From a virus, in IMG/VR virus record IMGVR_UViG_3300027801_000011, positions 51,310 through 115,309 of that record: a stretch of DNA of 64,000 bases, one strand, 5' to 3'. Under the pieces are notes generated by a model. The model ran no database searches and was not told the DNA's origin. It was given only the letters and a program-made list of their open reading frames with translations. A program made the translations under genes and the position numbers. This document shows, piece by piece, positions 47,139 to 55,647 of this stretch (within the stretch, counting starts at the first letter, position 1; every line of letters begins with the position of its first letter).

Positions 47139-48325
47139 AAATAATTAATCACTGTTCTCTAACAAGAACATACGGAATACGTCCAGAACTAAAACTTTAT
47201 AATCCTTTAGATTTAGAGGATATTTCTGGCTATGAATCCACTCATATTGGGGAACTGTTCAACAACTTCATCTATGGTTTAGGTGTGTTGGTTGAAACAG
47301 ATGCCCCGTATGATAGACTTGGTAGAGACAACAATCTCAACGTAGATTTCGATCCTATCCCAAAAATCCCAAATAACTGGAATAGAGAATTCGGAGATAT
47401 ATGTGACCAGAGAGCTCAAGAGTTATGGGCCCTGGGAAAACCTATTCGATGTTGGTGGTCTGGTGGTATAGACAGCACCACAACTCTTACTGCTCTTATA
47501 CGAACTAAGAAACCAGAAGACACGCTTAGTATCTGGATGAGCAAACAATCTGTTGAAGAAAATCCTACCTACTACGAAAAAATAAAGAACTTGAATATAG
47601 AGTGGGCTACTAAGGAAACTCTACTAGCAAAGAAATCTCTGTGGAATGGTAAGGTGTTAAATGTCAACGGTGAGTGTGGTGATCCTATGTACGGAACATT
47701 CGTCATTGAAAAACACATAGAAGAACTAGATGATCACTGGCACACATTTCTAGACTTTGAAGATGTAAACTTCATATACAAAGACAGTCCCATGAGAGGA
47801 CGCTTCATGGATTATCTTGAGGAACATATCACTCATTGTCCATTTGAGATTAAAAATCCTTTTGATATCGCATGGTGGTTAGCGTTTACAACCAAGTGGC
47901 AGTGGATAGAACGCCGTTGGTTTGGATTCCTAGAAGACCCATCTGGATATAAAAATCTGGTTGCTTTCTTCAACGATCCAGAGTTTCAGATATGGAGTAT
48001 GACTAATCATCATCTGAAGCATAAGGGAACGTACAAAACATACAAGTGGCCTTCTAAAAAGTACATCTATGATTTTAATCCAGATTCAAATTACTTGATG
48101 AATAAGACAAAAGAAAAAAGTTTACCTAAGACTATGGGGAGCTTTAAAACCTTTCCTTTTAGAAACCAGAATAGAGTTGTATTTGATAACGGTGACTATT
48201 ATCCGTTTGGAGATGATGGAGAGATATTCCCTATCATGCCAACAGACGTACCAAAATGGGATTTATTTAATAAGCCAGTTTGGGATAGATACAAGACTAT
48301 GGAACCTATTCGCATAAATAGTTAA
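47135..48325 (+). CDS. Asparagine-synthetase-like PP-loop ligase (third copy), coupled to DctP
   Basis: WSGGIDST and NGECGDPMYG; ATGA overlap with the dctP stop. Confidence 0.8.
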   Translation: MKIINHCSLTRTYGIRPELKLYNPLDLEDISGYESTHIGELFNNFIYGLGVLVETDAPYDRLGRDNNLNVDFDPIPKIPNNWNREFGDICDQRAQELWALGKPIRCWWSGGIDSTTTLTALIRTKKPEDTLSIWMSKQSVEENPTYYEKIKNLNIEWATKETLLAKKSLWNGKVLNVNGECGDPMYGTFVIEKHIEELDDHWHTFLDFEDVNFIYKDSPMRGRFMDYLEEHITHCPFEIKNPFDIAWWLAFTTKWQWIERRWFGFLEDPSGYKNLVAFFNDPEFQIWSMTNHHLKHKGTYKTYKWPSKKYIYDFNPDSNYLMNKTKEKSLPKTMGSFKTFPFRNQNRVVFDNGDYYPFGDDGEIFPIMPTDVPKWDLFNKPVWDRYKTMEPIRINS

Positions 48326-48340
48326 AATAGGAGAAGAGAG

Positions 48341-48751
48341 ATGCACGAATATGCTTGTAAAGTTGTACACATTGTAGACGGAGACACCGTAGATGTGGAC
48401 ATTGATTTGGGCTTTGGAATTTGGATGAAGAAAGAACGTATTCGATTGTTCGGCATTGATACTCCAGAATCTAGGACTAGAGATTTAGAAGAAAAGAAAT
48501 ATGGGTATGCTGCGAAAGATTACTTAACTGGCATGCTCGATGATGAGTTGATTATGTTGAAAACTCATAAGGATAAAGCTGGAAAGTACGGCCGCATCCT
48601 TGGTGAGTTGTGGCGTACTACTGACTTTGCAGACCAATCCATTAACGAATACATGATTGAGAAACATCATGCAGTACGGTATATGGGACAATCAAAAGAT
48701 GATATTGCTGAAGAGCATATTAAAAACAGAGAGTTTATAACGATAAAATGA
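48341..48751 (+). CDS. Thermonuclease (staphylococcal nuclease-like)
   Basis: IVDGDTVD, RIRLFGIDTPESRT and GKYGRILG; CATAAATA at 48313. Confidence 0.9.
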   Translation: MHEYACKVVHIVDGDTVDVDIDLGFGIWMKKERIRLFGIDTPESRTRDLEEKKYGYAAKDYLTGMLDDELIMLKTHKDKAGKYGRILGELWRTTDFADQSINEYMIEKHHAVRYMGQSKDDIAEEHIKNREFITIK

Positions 48752-50391
48752 ATGACACCGTATATCTTGGTAATCCAAATCTCAAGAGGGCTAATGTCAC
48801 TCAAGAGTGGACTAAGGAAGAATTAGAACAATACGCTTTGTGTATGGAAGACCCAGCGTATTTTATTATGAATTACATTAAGATTGTATCTCTTGATGAA
48901 GGTCTAGTGCCTTTCAAGATGTACGACTTTCAGAAGGATATGGTAGGTACTTTTCATAGTAATCGTTTTACTATCTGTAAATTACCTCGGCAATCTGGTA
49001 AGTCCACAACCATTATTGCTTATCTCCTTCATTATGTTTTGTTTAATGATTCTGTGAATGTTGCTATACTTGCGAACAAGGCGGCTGTTGCCCGTGATTT
49101 ACTATCACGATTACAACTCGCTTACGAACATTTACCCAAGTGGTTACAACAAGGAGTAATGTCATGGAACAAAGGAAGTCTAGAGCTTGAGAATGGTTCT
49201 AAGATTTTGGCGTCTTCTACTTCTGCTAGTGCGGTGCGTGGCGGGTCTTATAATATTATTTTCCTTGATGAGTTTGCTTACGTTCCCGCTAATGTGGCTG
49301 AACAATTCTTCAGCTCCGTCTATCCCACCATCTCCTCTGGTAAAACCTCAAAGGTGATGATCGTTTCCACCCCACATGGAATGAATATGTTTTATAAAAT
49401 GTGGACGGATGCAGAAGAAGGCCGCAACAGTTATGTACCGATAGAGGTTCATTGGAGCGAAGTGCCAGGGCGTGATGAAGCATGGAAAAAAGAAACTATC
49501 AAGAATACCTCAGAGTCACAGTTTAATACTGAGTTTGAGTGTGAATTCCTTGGTTCTATTGATACGCTTATATCCTCTAGAAAGTTGAAGACCCTTGCAT
49601 ATGTACAACCCGCTCAATCTAATGCTGGGTTCGATGTGTACGAAAAACCTATTGAAGATCACACGTATATGTTAACAGCAGACGTTTCACGTGGCACATC
49701 TCTAGATTACTCAGCTTTTGTTATGTTTGATATAACTGAGGTTCCATTTAAAATTGTTGCAAAGTACAGAGATAACGAAATAAAACCCCTTCTATTCCCA
49801 GCGAAGATATACGATGCTGCTAGGGCATACAACACAGCATACGTTTTGATTGAAGTAAATGACATTGGAGAACAGGTTGCAAACACTATGCAGTTTGACT
49901 TGGAGTATGACAACCTTGTTATGGCTAGTATGCGTGGGCGAGCGGGACAGGTACTTGGAGGTGGCTTCTCTGGTGGTAAAGCACAATTAGGGGTAAGAAC
50001 CACAAAGGCGACAAAAAAGGTTGGTTGTTCTAATCTTAAACAGTTAGTCGAAGATGACAAGCTCATAGTTCAAGATTTAGAAATAATTAGTGAACTGTCT
50101 ACGTTTATTGTGAAGGGATCATCTCACGAAGCAGATGACGGGTGTACAGATGATCTAGTTGCCTGTCTGTTCATATTTGCATGGGCCGCCGATCAACAAT
50201 ACTTCAAAGAATTAACTGATCAAGATATTCGAAGGACTATGATGCGAGAACAACAAGACGCACTAGAACAGGACATGGCTCCATTTGGATTTGTAATTAA
50301 TGGTCTAGAAGAAGATAATGTAGGTACAATGGTAGATGAGTATGGTACTAAATGGAATCCTATAGTACGAGATTACGGGACTGATTGGTAA
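48748..50391 (+). CDS. gp17: Terminase large subunit gp17
   Basis: YLGNPNLK, Walker A PRQSGKST, Walker B IFLDEFA, VSTPHG and nuclease DDLV. Confidence 0.97.
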   Translation: MNDTVYLGNPNLKRANVTQEWTKEELEQYALCMEDPAYFIMNYIKIVSLDEGLVPFKMYDFQKDMVGTFHSNRFTICKLPRQSGKSTTIIAYLLHYVLFNDSVNVAILANKAAVARDLLSRLQLAYEHLPKWLQQGVMSWNKGSLELENGSKILASSTSASAVRGGSYNIIFLDEFAYVPANVAEQFFSSVYPTISSGKTSKVMIVSTPHGMNMFYKMWTDAEEGRNSYVPIEVHWSEVPGRDEAWKKETIKNTSESQFNTEFECEFLGSIDTLISSRKLKTLAYVQPAQSNAGFDVYEKPIEDHTYMLTADVSRGTSLDYSAFVMFDITEVPFKIVAKYRDNEIKPLLFPAKIYDAARAYNTAYVLIEVNDIGEQVANTMQFDLEYDNLVMASMRGRAGQVLGGGFSGGKAQLGVRTTKATKKVGCSNLKQLVEDDKLIVQDLEIISELSTFIVKGSSHEADDGCTDDLVACLFIFAWAADQQYFKELTDQDIRRTMMREQQDALEQDMAPFGFVINGLEEDNVGTMVDEYGTKWNPIVRDYGTDW

Positions 50392-51693
50392 TTAAAACCA
50401 CACGAATATAAACGGCATTATATAGAGGGGCCAAGCAATAAACATAGAAGTTATTGCGGTTCTGATAGGATTAGCGCCTGCTATCTTTGCCGCAGTAAAA
50501 GATGATAATGCGACAGGTGGAGTTATCATCGACAACACCCCAAAATACAATACAAACATATGTGCCCAGATTTCAGTGATTCCAGCATCTACTAGAGTTG
50601 GTGCTGCTACGATTGCTACAATAAGGTATGTAGAACTAGTCGGCATACCCATTCCAAGTATTATACACAATATTGCGACTAATGTCAAGAGAAAAAACGT
50701 ATTACCTCCAGATGCTACATTAAGTATAGATGTAATATGAAAACTAAGTCCAGTTTGATCCATTATCCCTATTATAAGACCGATGGCCGCAGATAGTATA
50801 ATAAGACCATACATGCTATCAGCGATAGGGGATACCGAAGCCGTTTTTTTAAAATCCCCTGCCATTGAAATTCTTCCTTTAGGAACTGAACAGAACAGCA
50901 CTGTATAGAACAATACTGCTGGTACAAGTGCCGAGAGTGCCACTGTCCAATAAGATACTTGAAGTATTTCTGCCATGAGAAATGCAGCTGCGCCCATAAC
51001 GGGGGGCATTAGTTGACCACCCGTGGAAGCAACTGCTTCATATGCAGCTGCTTTGTGTTTTTTATATCCACATTGAATCATTAGGGGTATTGTGAGTTGC
51101 CCTGTACTCATTACATTAGCTACAGCACTACCAGAGACACTACCAAATACTGCTGAGGAAAGGATTGCTACCTTGCCGGGCGATTGAACATGTTGTAAGA
51201 TAAATTTGATAATGTAGTCTATAATTCCAAATCTTACCAAGAATTGTCCAGCAAGAACAAATAAGAATACAATACCACACATAATAGACATTGACATACC
51301 AAGCATAGCGGTGTTATCTATAACGATATGTGATATTATATCATAATAATTCCTATCTGTCAAGAGGGGAAATGAAAGAAAACACATTAATATTATGCCG
51401 AACGCTTTGCCGCTTGTCTTAAAGCAAGCATAAACAACGAGCAAACAGAGAGGTATTGATATAAAGTTTAACAGAGTTTTTTCATAATTTGCGTATTCTG
51501 TTAGATATGGATATGCAAACCACATAGCCACACCCATAGAAACTAGTAGTAGACTATATCGTTTGTAAGCGTGTCCTAGAGCTGTGAATAGTATCAGAAC
51601 GAACCACTGCTCATCAAAGGTAGGGTATCCAACATAGAAATCTATGTCAGATACGCTTACCAATAGAAAGAGGGGTAGTAAAAAGTTAGTCAA
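50392..51693 (-). CDS. TRAP transporter fused permease (TAXI-type DctQM), shortened
   Basis: SAVFGSVSGSAVANV.STG..TIPLM, EAVASTGGQLMPPVMGAAAFLMAE, ILGMGMPT..Y, AHMFVLYFG.LS.ITPPVA. Confidence 0.9.
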   Translation of the reverse strand: MTNFLLPLFLLVSVSDIDFYVGYPTFDEQWFVLILFTALGHAYKRYSLLLVSMGVAMWFAYPYLTEYANYEKTLLNFISIPLCLLVVYACFKTSGKAFGIILMCFLSFPLLTDRNYYDIISHIVIDNTAMLGMSMSIMCGIVFLFVLAGQFLVRFGIIDYIIKFILQHVQSPGKVAILSSAVFGSVSGSAVANVMSTGQLTIPLMIQCGYKKHKAAAYEAVASTGGQLMPPVMGAAAFLMAEILQVSYWTVALSALVPAVLFYTVLFCSVPKGRISMAGDFKKTASVSPIADSMYGLIILSAAIGLIIGIMDQTGLSFHITSILNVASGGNTFFLLTLVAILCIILGMGMPTSSTYLIVAIVAAPTLVDAGITEIWAHMFVLYFGVLSMITPPVALSSFTAAKIAGANPIRTAITSMFIAWPLYIMPFIFVWF

Positions 51694-52630
51694 TTAACTT
51701 CAATACTTTATACGCAAATCTAGCGCCATTATGAATAGGAACTCCGCTTTCTTTAGAGTACATATTCTTCCTGTCGAAACCGCTAACCATCTTAGACGAT
51801 TTCTTATAAACCTCAGCATTGTTGTAAAGAGCAATAACCATGCTCGAAACAACTGGAACAGGCACATCTTTATGTGCCCATAAGACATAAGGGAATGTTA
51901 GTACACGTGTTGCACCCCTTACTTCTGGTGTTCTTTTCTTAGGATGTACAGTGGTTACAGAAAAGTTTTTCCAACCATGTAGCAACCTTTTTTCTGCTTC
52001 TCCTCCATTGAGAGATAAAACACGGATACCACCGTCACTCAAAGCCTCAGCATGTAATTTCTTAGTATGGCCTGCACCAATAGCAACAATAGTCACATCC
52101 ACCCGTCCTTGCCGAAAGGCGTTCCAATTGCCTGGCAAAGAAGTTACTGGTACACGTTTAACGTCATCCCACACTAGAGCGGGGTTAGAATTAAGTAGTT
52201 TGTGTTTAATATTCCAATGGAATCCAGGCGCTCCACGAAATCCAGAAGGCACTCGTTTGCCCTTTAGATCATCATAGTTTTTGATGCCTGAGTTATCCCG
52301 AACAGCAAGTCCTGTCTGGAAGAAGTGTAAATTAGCCACAAAACGTAGATTTTTGTGTGCTTTTTTTGATGTACGGATACCTGTGTATCCCCAATAAAAG
52401 TCCGTAGGATTGCTAATCCCAAAGTCTAGTTCTTTATTATCAACCTTTTCAAGATAAGATTGAGTACCACGATGAGGGATGGGGGTTAATGTTAATCCAG
52501 CCGCTCTCATAGTTTTCGCAAGTGCAAGGCCAGTTTGTGCATTAGCACTGCCCTTTGTAGTCCCTAACGTCTCAGCTAAAGATGTAGTTGTCATGGCGAC
52601 TAATACTAGTGCCGCAATAATGAATTTCAT
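51686..52630 (-). CDS. TAXI-family TRAP solute-binding protein with Sec signal peptide
   Basis: CAGGAG RBS then MKFIIAALVLVAMTTTSLA; NLRFVANL, DSGIK..DDLKGKRV-like segment, VPIHNGA..Y. Confidence 0.85.
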   Translation of the reverse strand: MKFIIAALVLVAMTTTSLAETLGTTKGSANAQTGLALAKTMRAAGLTLTPIPHRGTQSYLEKVDNKELDFGISNPTDFYWGYTGIRTSKKAHKNLRFVANLHFFQTGLAVRDNSGIKNYDDLKGKRVPSGFRGAPGFHWNIKHKLLNSNPALVWDDVKRVPVTSLPGNWNAFRQGRVDVTIVAIGAGHTKKLHAEALSDGGIRVLSLNGGEAEKRLLHGWKNFSVTTVHPKKRTPEVRGATRVLTFPYVLWAHKDVPVPVVSSMVIALYNNAEVYKKSSKMVSGFDRKNMYSKESGVPIHNGARFAYKVLKLID

Positions 52631-52631
52631 A

Positions 52632-52943
52632 TCATACTCCTGTAATAAATTCAATTAGATCGTTGTCGAGCTTAATCCAGCAATTGGAGCAAACAACAAA
52701 TGATTCACGAATAAGGGCGAACACTTCTTGTCTGCTTTCATTACTAGTTCCTACTCGTTTGGTTAGTTTACGGATTTCAGAGTTATGTGGATAAAACTTG
52801 AGGCAAACCGTCTCAGACTCGCCACAGTGTTTACAGTGCTTATCTCCTAAATATTCATTCAAGATAACAATACGTTTACGATAATTGCGTCTAGCAACCT
52901 TCTTAATCGTATCCTTATATTTTTCATAATGAGCATTTACCAT
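52632..52943 (-). CDS. HNH-endonuclease-like Zn-binding protein, degenerate active site
   Basis: CKHCGE...CLKFYP...VVCSNCW; the usual LxFHH and CxxCH His residues are substituted. Confidence 0.65.
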   Translation of the reverse strand: MVNAHYEKYKDTIKKVARRNYRKRIVILNEYLGDKHCKHCGESETVCLKFYPHNSEIRKLTKRVGTSNESRQEVFALIRESFVVCSNCWIKLDNDLIEFITGV

Positions 52944-52948
52944 GCTTT

Positions 52949-52956
52949 TATTTATA
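52949..52956 (-). promoter_or_regulatory. T4 late promoter for the HNH-TAXI-permease operon
   Basis: TATAAATA on the minus strand, 5 nt before ATG 52943. Confidence 0.8.
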
Positions 52957-52998
52957 AGAGACTACACATATAAAAACACTCTTTAGGATTCTTTTTTT

Positions 52999-53006
52999 TA
53001 TAAATA
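52999..53006 (+). promoter_or_regulatory. T4 late promoter
   Basis: TATAAATA upstream of gp18. Confidence 0.85.
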
Positions 53007-53061
53007 TTATTAATAACAGATAAGAAAACTATCCCTTGTTAAAAAAGAAGGAGAACAAAAT

Positions 53062-55074
53062 ATGTCTTTTCTATCATCTCCTGGCGTACATGTAAAAGAG
53101 ATTGACCTTACGAATATTGTGCCTGCCGTTGCTACCACTGTTGGTGCAATTGCTGGCCCGTTCGCTAAAGGCCCAGTTTCTTCCATTACGACCATTGGGA
53201 GTGAACAAGATTTGTTGCAAGTGTTTGGTAAACCAAATGCTAGTAACTTTGAGTGGTGGTTCACAGCCGCTAACTTCCTTGCTTATTCCGATCAACTAAA
53301 GGTGATTCGTGCCGGTTCTGGAATCCTAAATGCTGGTGAAGCATCTGGTGTTTTAATCCGTGACGATGATCACTATCTACACGACTTCTGGGCCGAAACT
53401 GGTGACGGTCAAGTAACTTCTAACGATTGGTATGCACGTACTGCTGGAACTCATGGTAATTCAATTGGTATTCAGACTTGCCCATCTGCTACAGCATATG
53501 AACAGGACTTGAGTACTTCTAACCAAGTAAACGATGCTTCTGCAACTGCTGGTGAAAATGTTATCAGTGTTGATGATGCAGATGCCTCTGGTTTTGCAAT
53601 TAATATCGGTGATTTGCTCACATTTACTTCCACTAACGGTTCTATTACTCATGTGCCTGGTGATGAAGGAAATGAGTATCAAGTTACTGCTATCGCTACC
53701 AACGAACTGACGATTCGCCTTGCTGGTGATCCGAATGGTGCTGGTCTTGCCGTTGCAATTCCCGATGATTCTTTCATCCGAAGACGCTGGGCTTTCTACA
53801 ACCTCTTTAACGGGGCGCCTGGAACTTCTGCTTGGGCAACTGATAATACCCGTGGTACTGGTGATGAAATGCACATTGTTGTGTATGACACTACTGGTGA
53901 TCTAACTGGGTATGACTATGATGTTGCTGGTCAGGCAACGAATGCTGTACTTGAACGCTGGGACAGTGTAAGTAAGAATCCTGCTGCTAAGACTGCACAG
54001 GGTGGATCAAACTATTATGTTGATGTAATCTTTAGGGGTTCTCAATATATTTACTGGGGTGATCATCTTGCTGCTGGAACTAACTGGGGAACAGATGTAA
54101 CTGCTGCTATGACTGCCGTAAGTACAATTGCTATCGCAGAACTTACTGGTGGAACGGACGATTATGCAGTAAGTAACGGTGAACTCAAAACTGCTTACGA
54201 TCTGTTCTCAGACGTAGAAAGTCTTGATATTAACTTAGTACTTGCTGGGCCTTCTGGTGGTGTTACTAACAGTGCTGCTGGTATGGACACACATGGAACA
54301 ATGATTACTGATCTTTGCGAATTACGTAAAGATTGTGTAGGATTTATCTCTCCATATCGTGCCGCTACAGTTGGTGTTGCTTCCACTATCACGCAAACCT
54401 CTAATGTCGTAGATGCGTTTAATCTACTGCCATCGTCCTCTTACATAGTGTACGATAGTGGTTACAAATACATGTATGACAAGTATGCAGATGTTTATCG
54501 TTACGTACCACTAAATGGTGATATGGGCGGATTATGTGCTAATGCAGATAAAGTTGCCGATCCTTGGTATTCTCCTGCTGGATATAACCGTGGACATGTT
54601 CGTGGTGCTATTAAACTCTCTTACAACCCGAAGAACAGTGAAAGGGATCAACTATATCGTGCCAGAATTAATCCTGTTACGAACTTCCCAGGCCAAGGTG
54701 TTTTACTCTTTGGTGATAAAACTGCTCTTGCCAAACCTAGTGCATTTGATCGTATTAACGTACGCCGATTGTTCTTGGTACTTGAGAAGGCGATTGCTAC
54801 TGCTTCTAAATATCAACTCTTTGAATTCAACGATGAATTTACAAGGGCGCAGTTTAGGAACATGGTAGAACCTTTCTTGAGGGACGTACAGGGAAGACGA
54901 GGAATCTTTGACTTTAAGGTAGTCTGTGATTCATCTAATAATACAGGTGAAGTCATTGATCGTAACGAGTTTATTGGTGATATTTACATCAAACCAGCCC
55001 GTTCGATCAACTTCATTACCCTAAACTTTATTGCAGTACGAACTGGTGTTGCATTTAGTGAGGTAGGAGGTTAA
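53062..55074 (+). CDS. gp18: Tail sheath protein gp18
   Basis: SPGVHVKEIDLT, PWYSPAGYNRG, AFDRINVRRLF, LFEFNDEFTR, IKPARSINFITLNF. Confidence 0.97.
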   Translation: MSFLSSPGVHVKEIDLTNIVPAVATTVGAIAGPFAKGPVSSITTIGSEQDLLQVFGKPNASNFEWWFTAANFLAYSDQLKVIRAGSGILNAGEASGVLIRDDDHYLHDFWAETGDGQVTSNDWYARTAGTHGNSIGIQTCPSATAYEQDLSTSNQVNDASATAGENVISVDDADASGFAINIGDLLTFTSTNGSITHVPGDEGNEYQVTAIATNELTIRLAGDPNGAGLAVAIPDDSFIRRRWAFYNLFNGAPGTSAWATDNTRGTGDEMHIVVYDTTGDLTGYDYDVAGQATNAVLERWDSVSKNPAAKTAQGGSNYYVDVIFRGSQYIYWGDHLAAGTNWGTDVTAAMTAVSTIAIAELTGGTDDYAVSNGELKTAYDLFSDVESLDINLVLAGPSGGVTNSAAGMDTHGTMITDLCELRKDCVGFISPYRAATVGVASTITQTSNVVDAFNLLPSSSYIVYDSGYKYMYDKYADVYRYVPLNGDMGGLCANADKVADPWYSPAGYNRGHVRGAIKLSYNPKNSERDQLYRARINPVTNFPGQGVLLFGDKTALAKPSAFDRINVRRLFLVLEKAIATASKYQLFEFNDEFTRAQFRNMVEPFLRDVQGRRGIFDFKVVCDSSNNTGEVIDRNEFIGDIYIKPARSINFITLNFIAVRTGVAFSEVGG

Positions 55075-55076
55075 CC

Positions 55077-55610
55077 ATGGCTAATATAGATGACTTTAAA
55101 GCAAACTTACTTGGTGGTGGTGCTCGTGCCAACCAATTTAGGGTAACGATTACTCCGCCCCCAGGCATTGCAATTGGATTAGATGTTCGAAGAACTTCTT
55201 TTCTAGTAAAATCGGCAGCTCTTCCTGCTCTATCTCTTGGTGAAATCGGTATTCCATTTCGTGGACGACAGATTTTCATCGCTGGTGACAGAAATACTGC
55301 TGAGACTTGGGACGTAACTTTCCTTAATGATACGGACTTTATGATCCGTAACGCTATGGAGAGATGGTCTAATGGAATTAACGATCTTGCCAATAATACT
55401 GGTGTGGTTGCTCCATCTGATTATCAGAGTGATTTGACTGTAGAACAGTTGGATCGTGATGATGCGGTACTGAAGTCTTACATCTTTAAGAGTGCTTGGC
55501 CGACTGCTGTTTCAACAATTGCGTTGGATACTGCTGAAGCTACTGCGATTGAAGAATTCTCAGTCACGTGGAGGTTCCAACACTTTGAAGCCTCTGGCGT
55601 AAACTTCTAA
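55077..55610 (+). CDS. gp19: Tail tube protein gp19
   Basis: GGGARANQFRV, PFRGR.I.IAGDR, W..TFLND.DF.IRNA.E.W, IEEFSVTW. Confidence 0.95.
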   Translation: MANIDDFKANLLGGGARANQFRVTITPPPGIAIGLDVRRTSFLVKSAALPALSLGEIGIPFRGRQIFIAGDRNTAETWDVTFLNDTDFMIRNAMERWSNGINDLANNTGVVAPSDYQSDLTVEQLDRDDAVLKSYIFKSAWPTAVSTIALDTAEATAIEEFSVTWRFQHFEASGVNF

Positions 55611-55647
55611 TTATAAACCTACTAAATAGAAGTAGGAGAAAATTAGT

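Noticed and set aside
37518-48325. Lasso-peptide cluster or QueC/7-deazaguanine pathway suggested by the SGGxDS enzymes
   Set aside because: No transglutaminase-like leader peptidase, RRE or precursor with a lasso leader was seen. There is no QueC Cys/Zn motif and no folE/queD/queE/dpdA in the window.
48748-50391. Intron/intein in terminase or other core genes
   Set aside because: gp17, gp18, gp20 and gp23 are contiguous and of ordinary length; no intein splice motifs were noticed in gp7 or VrlC.
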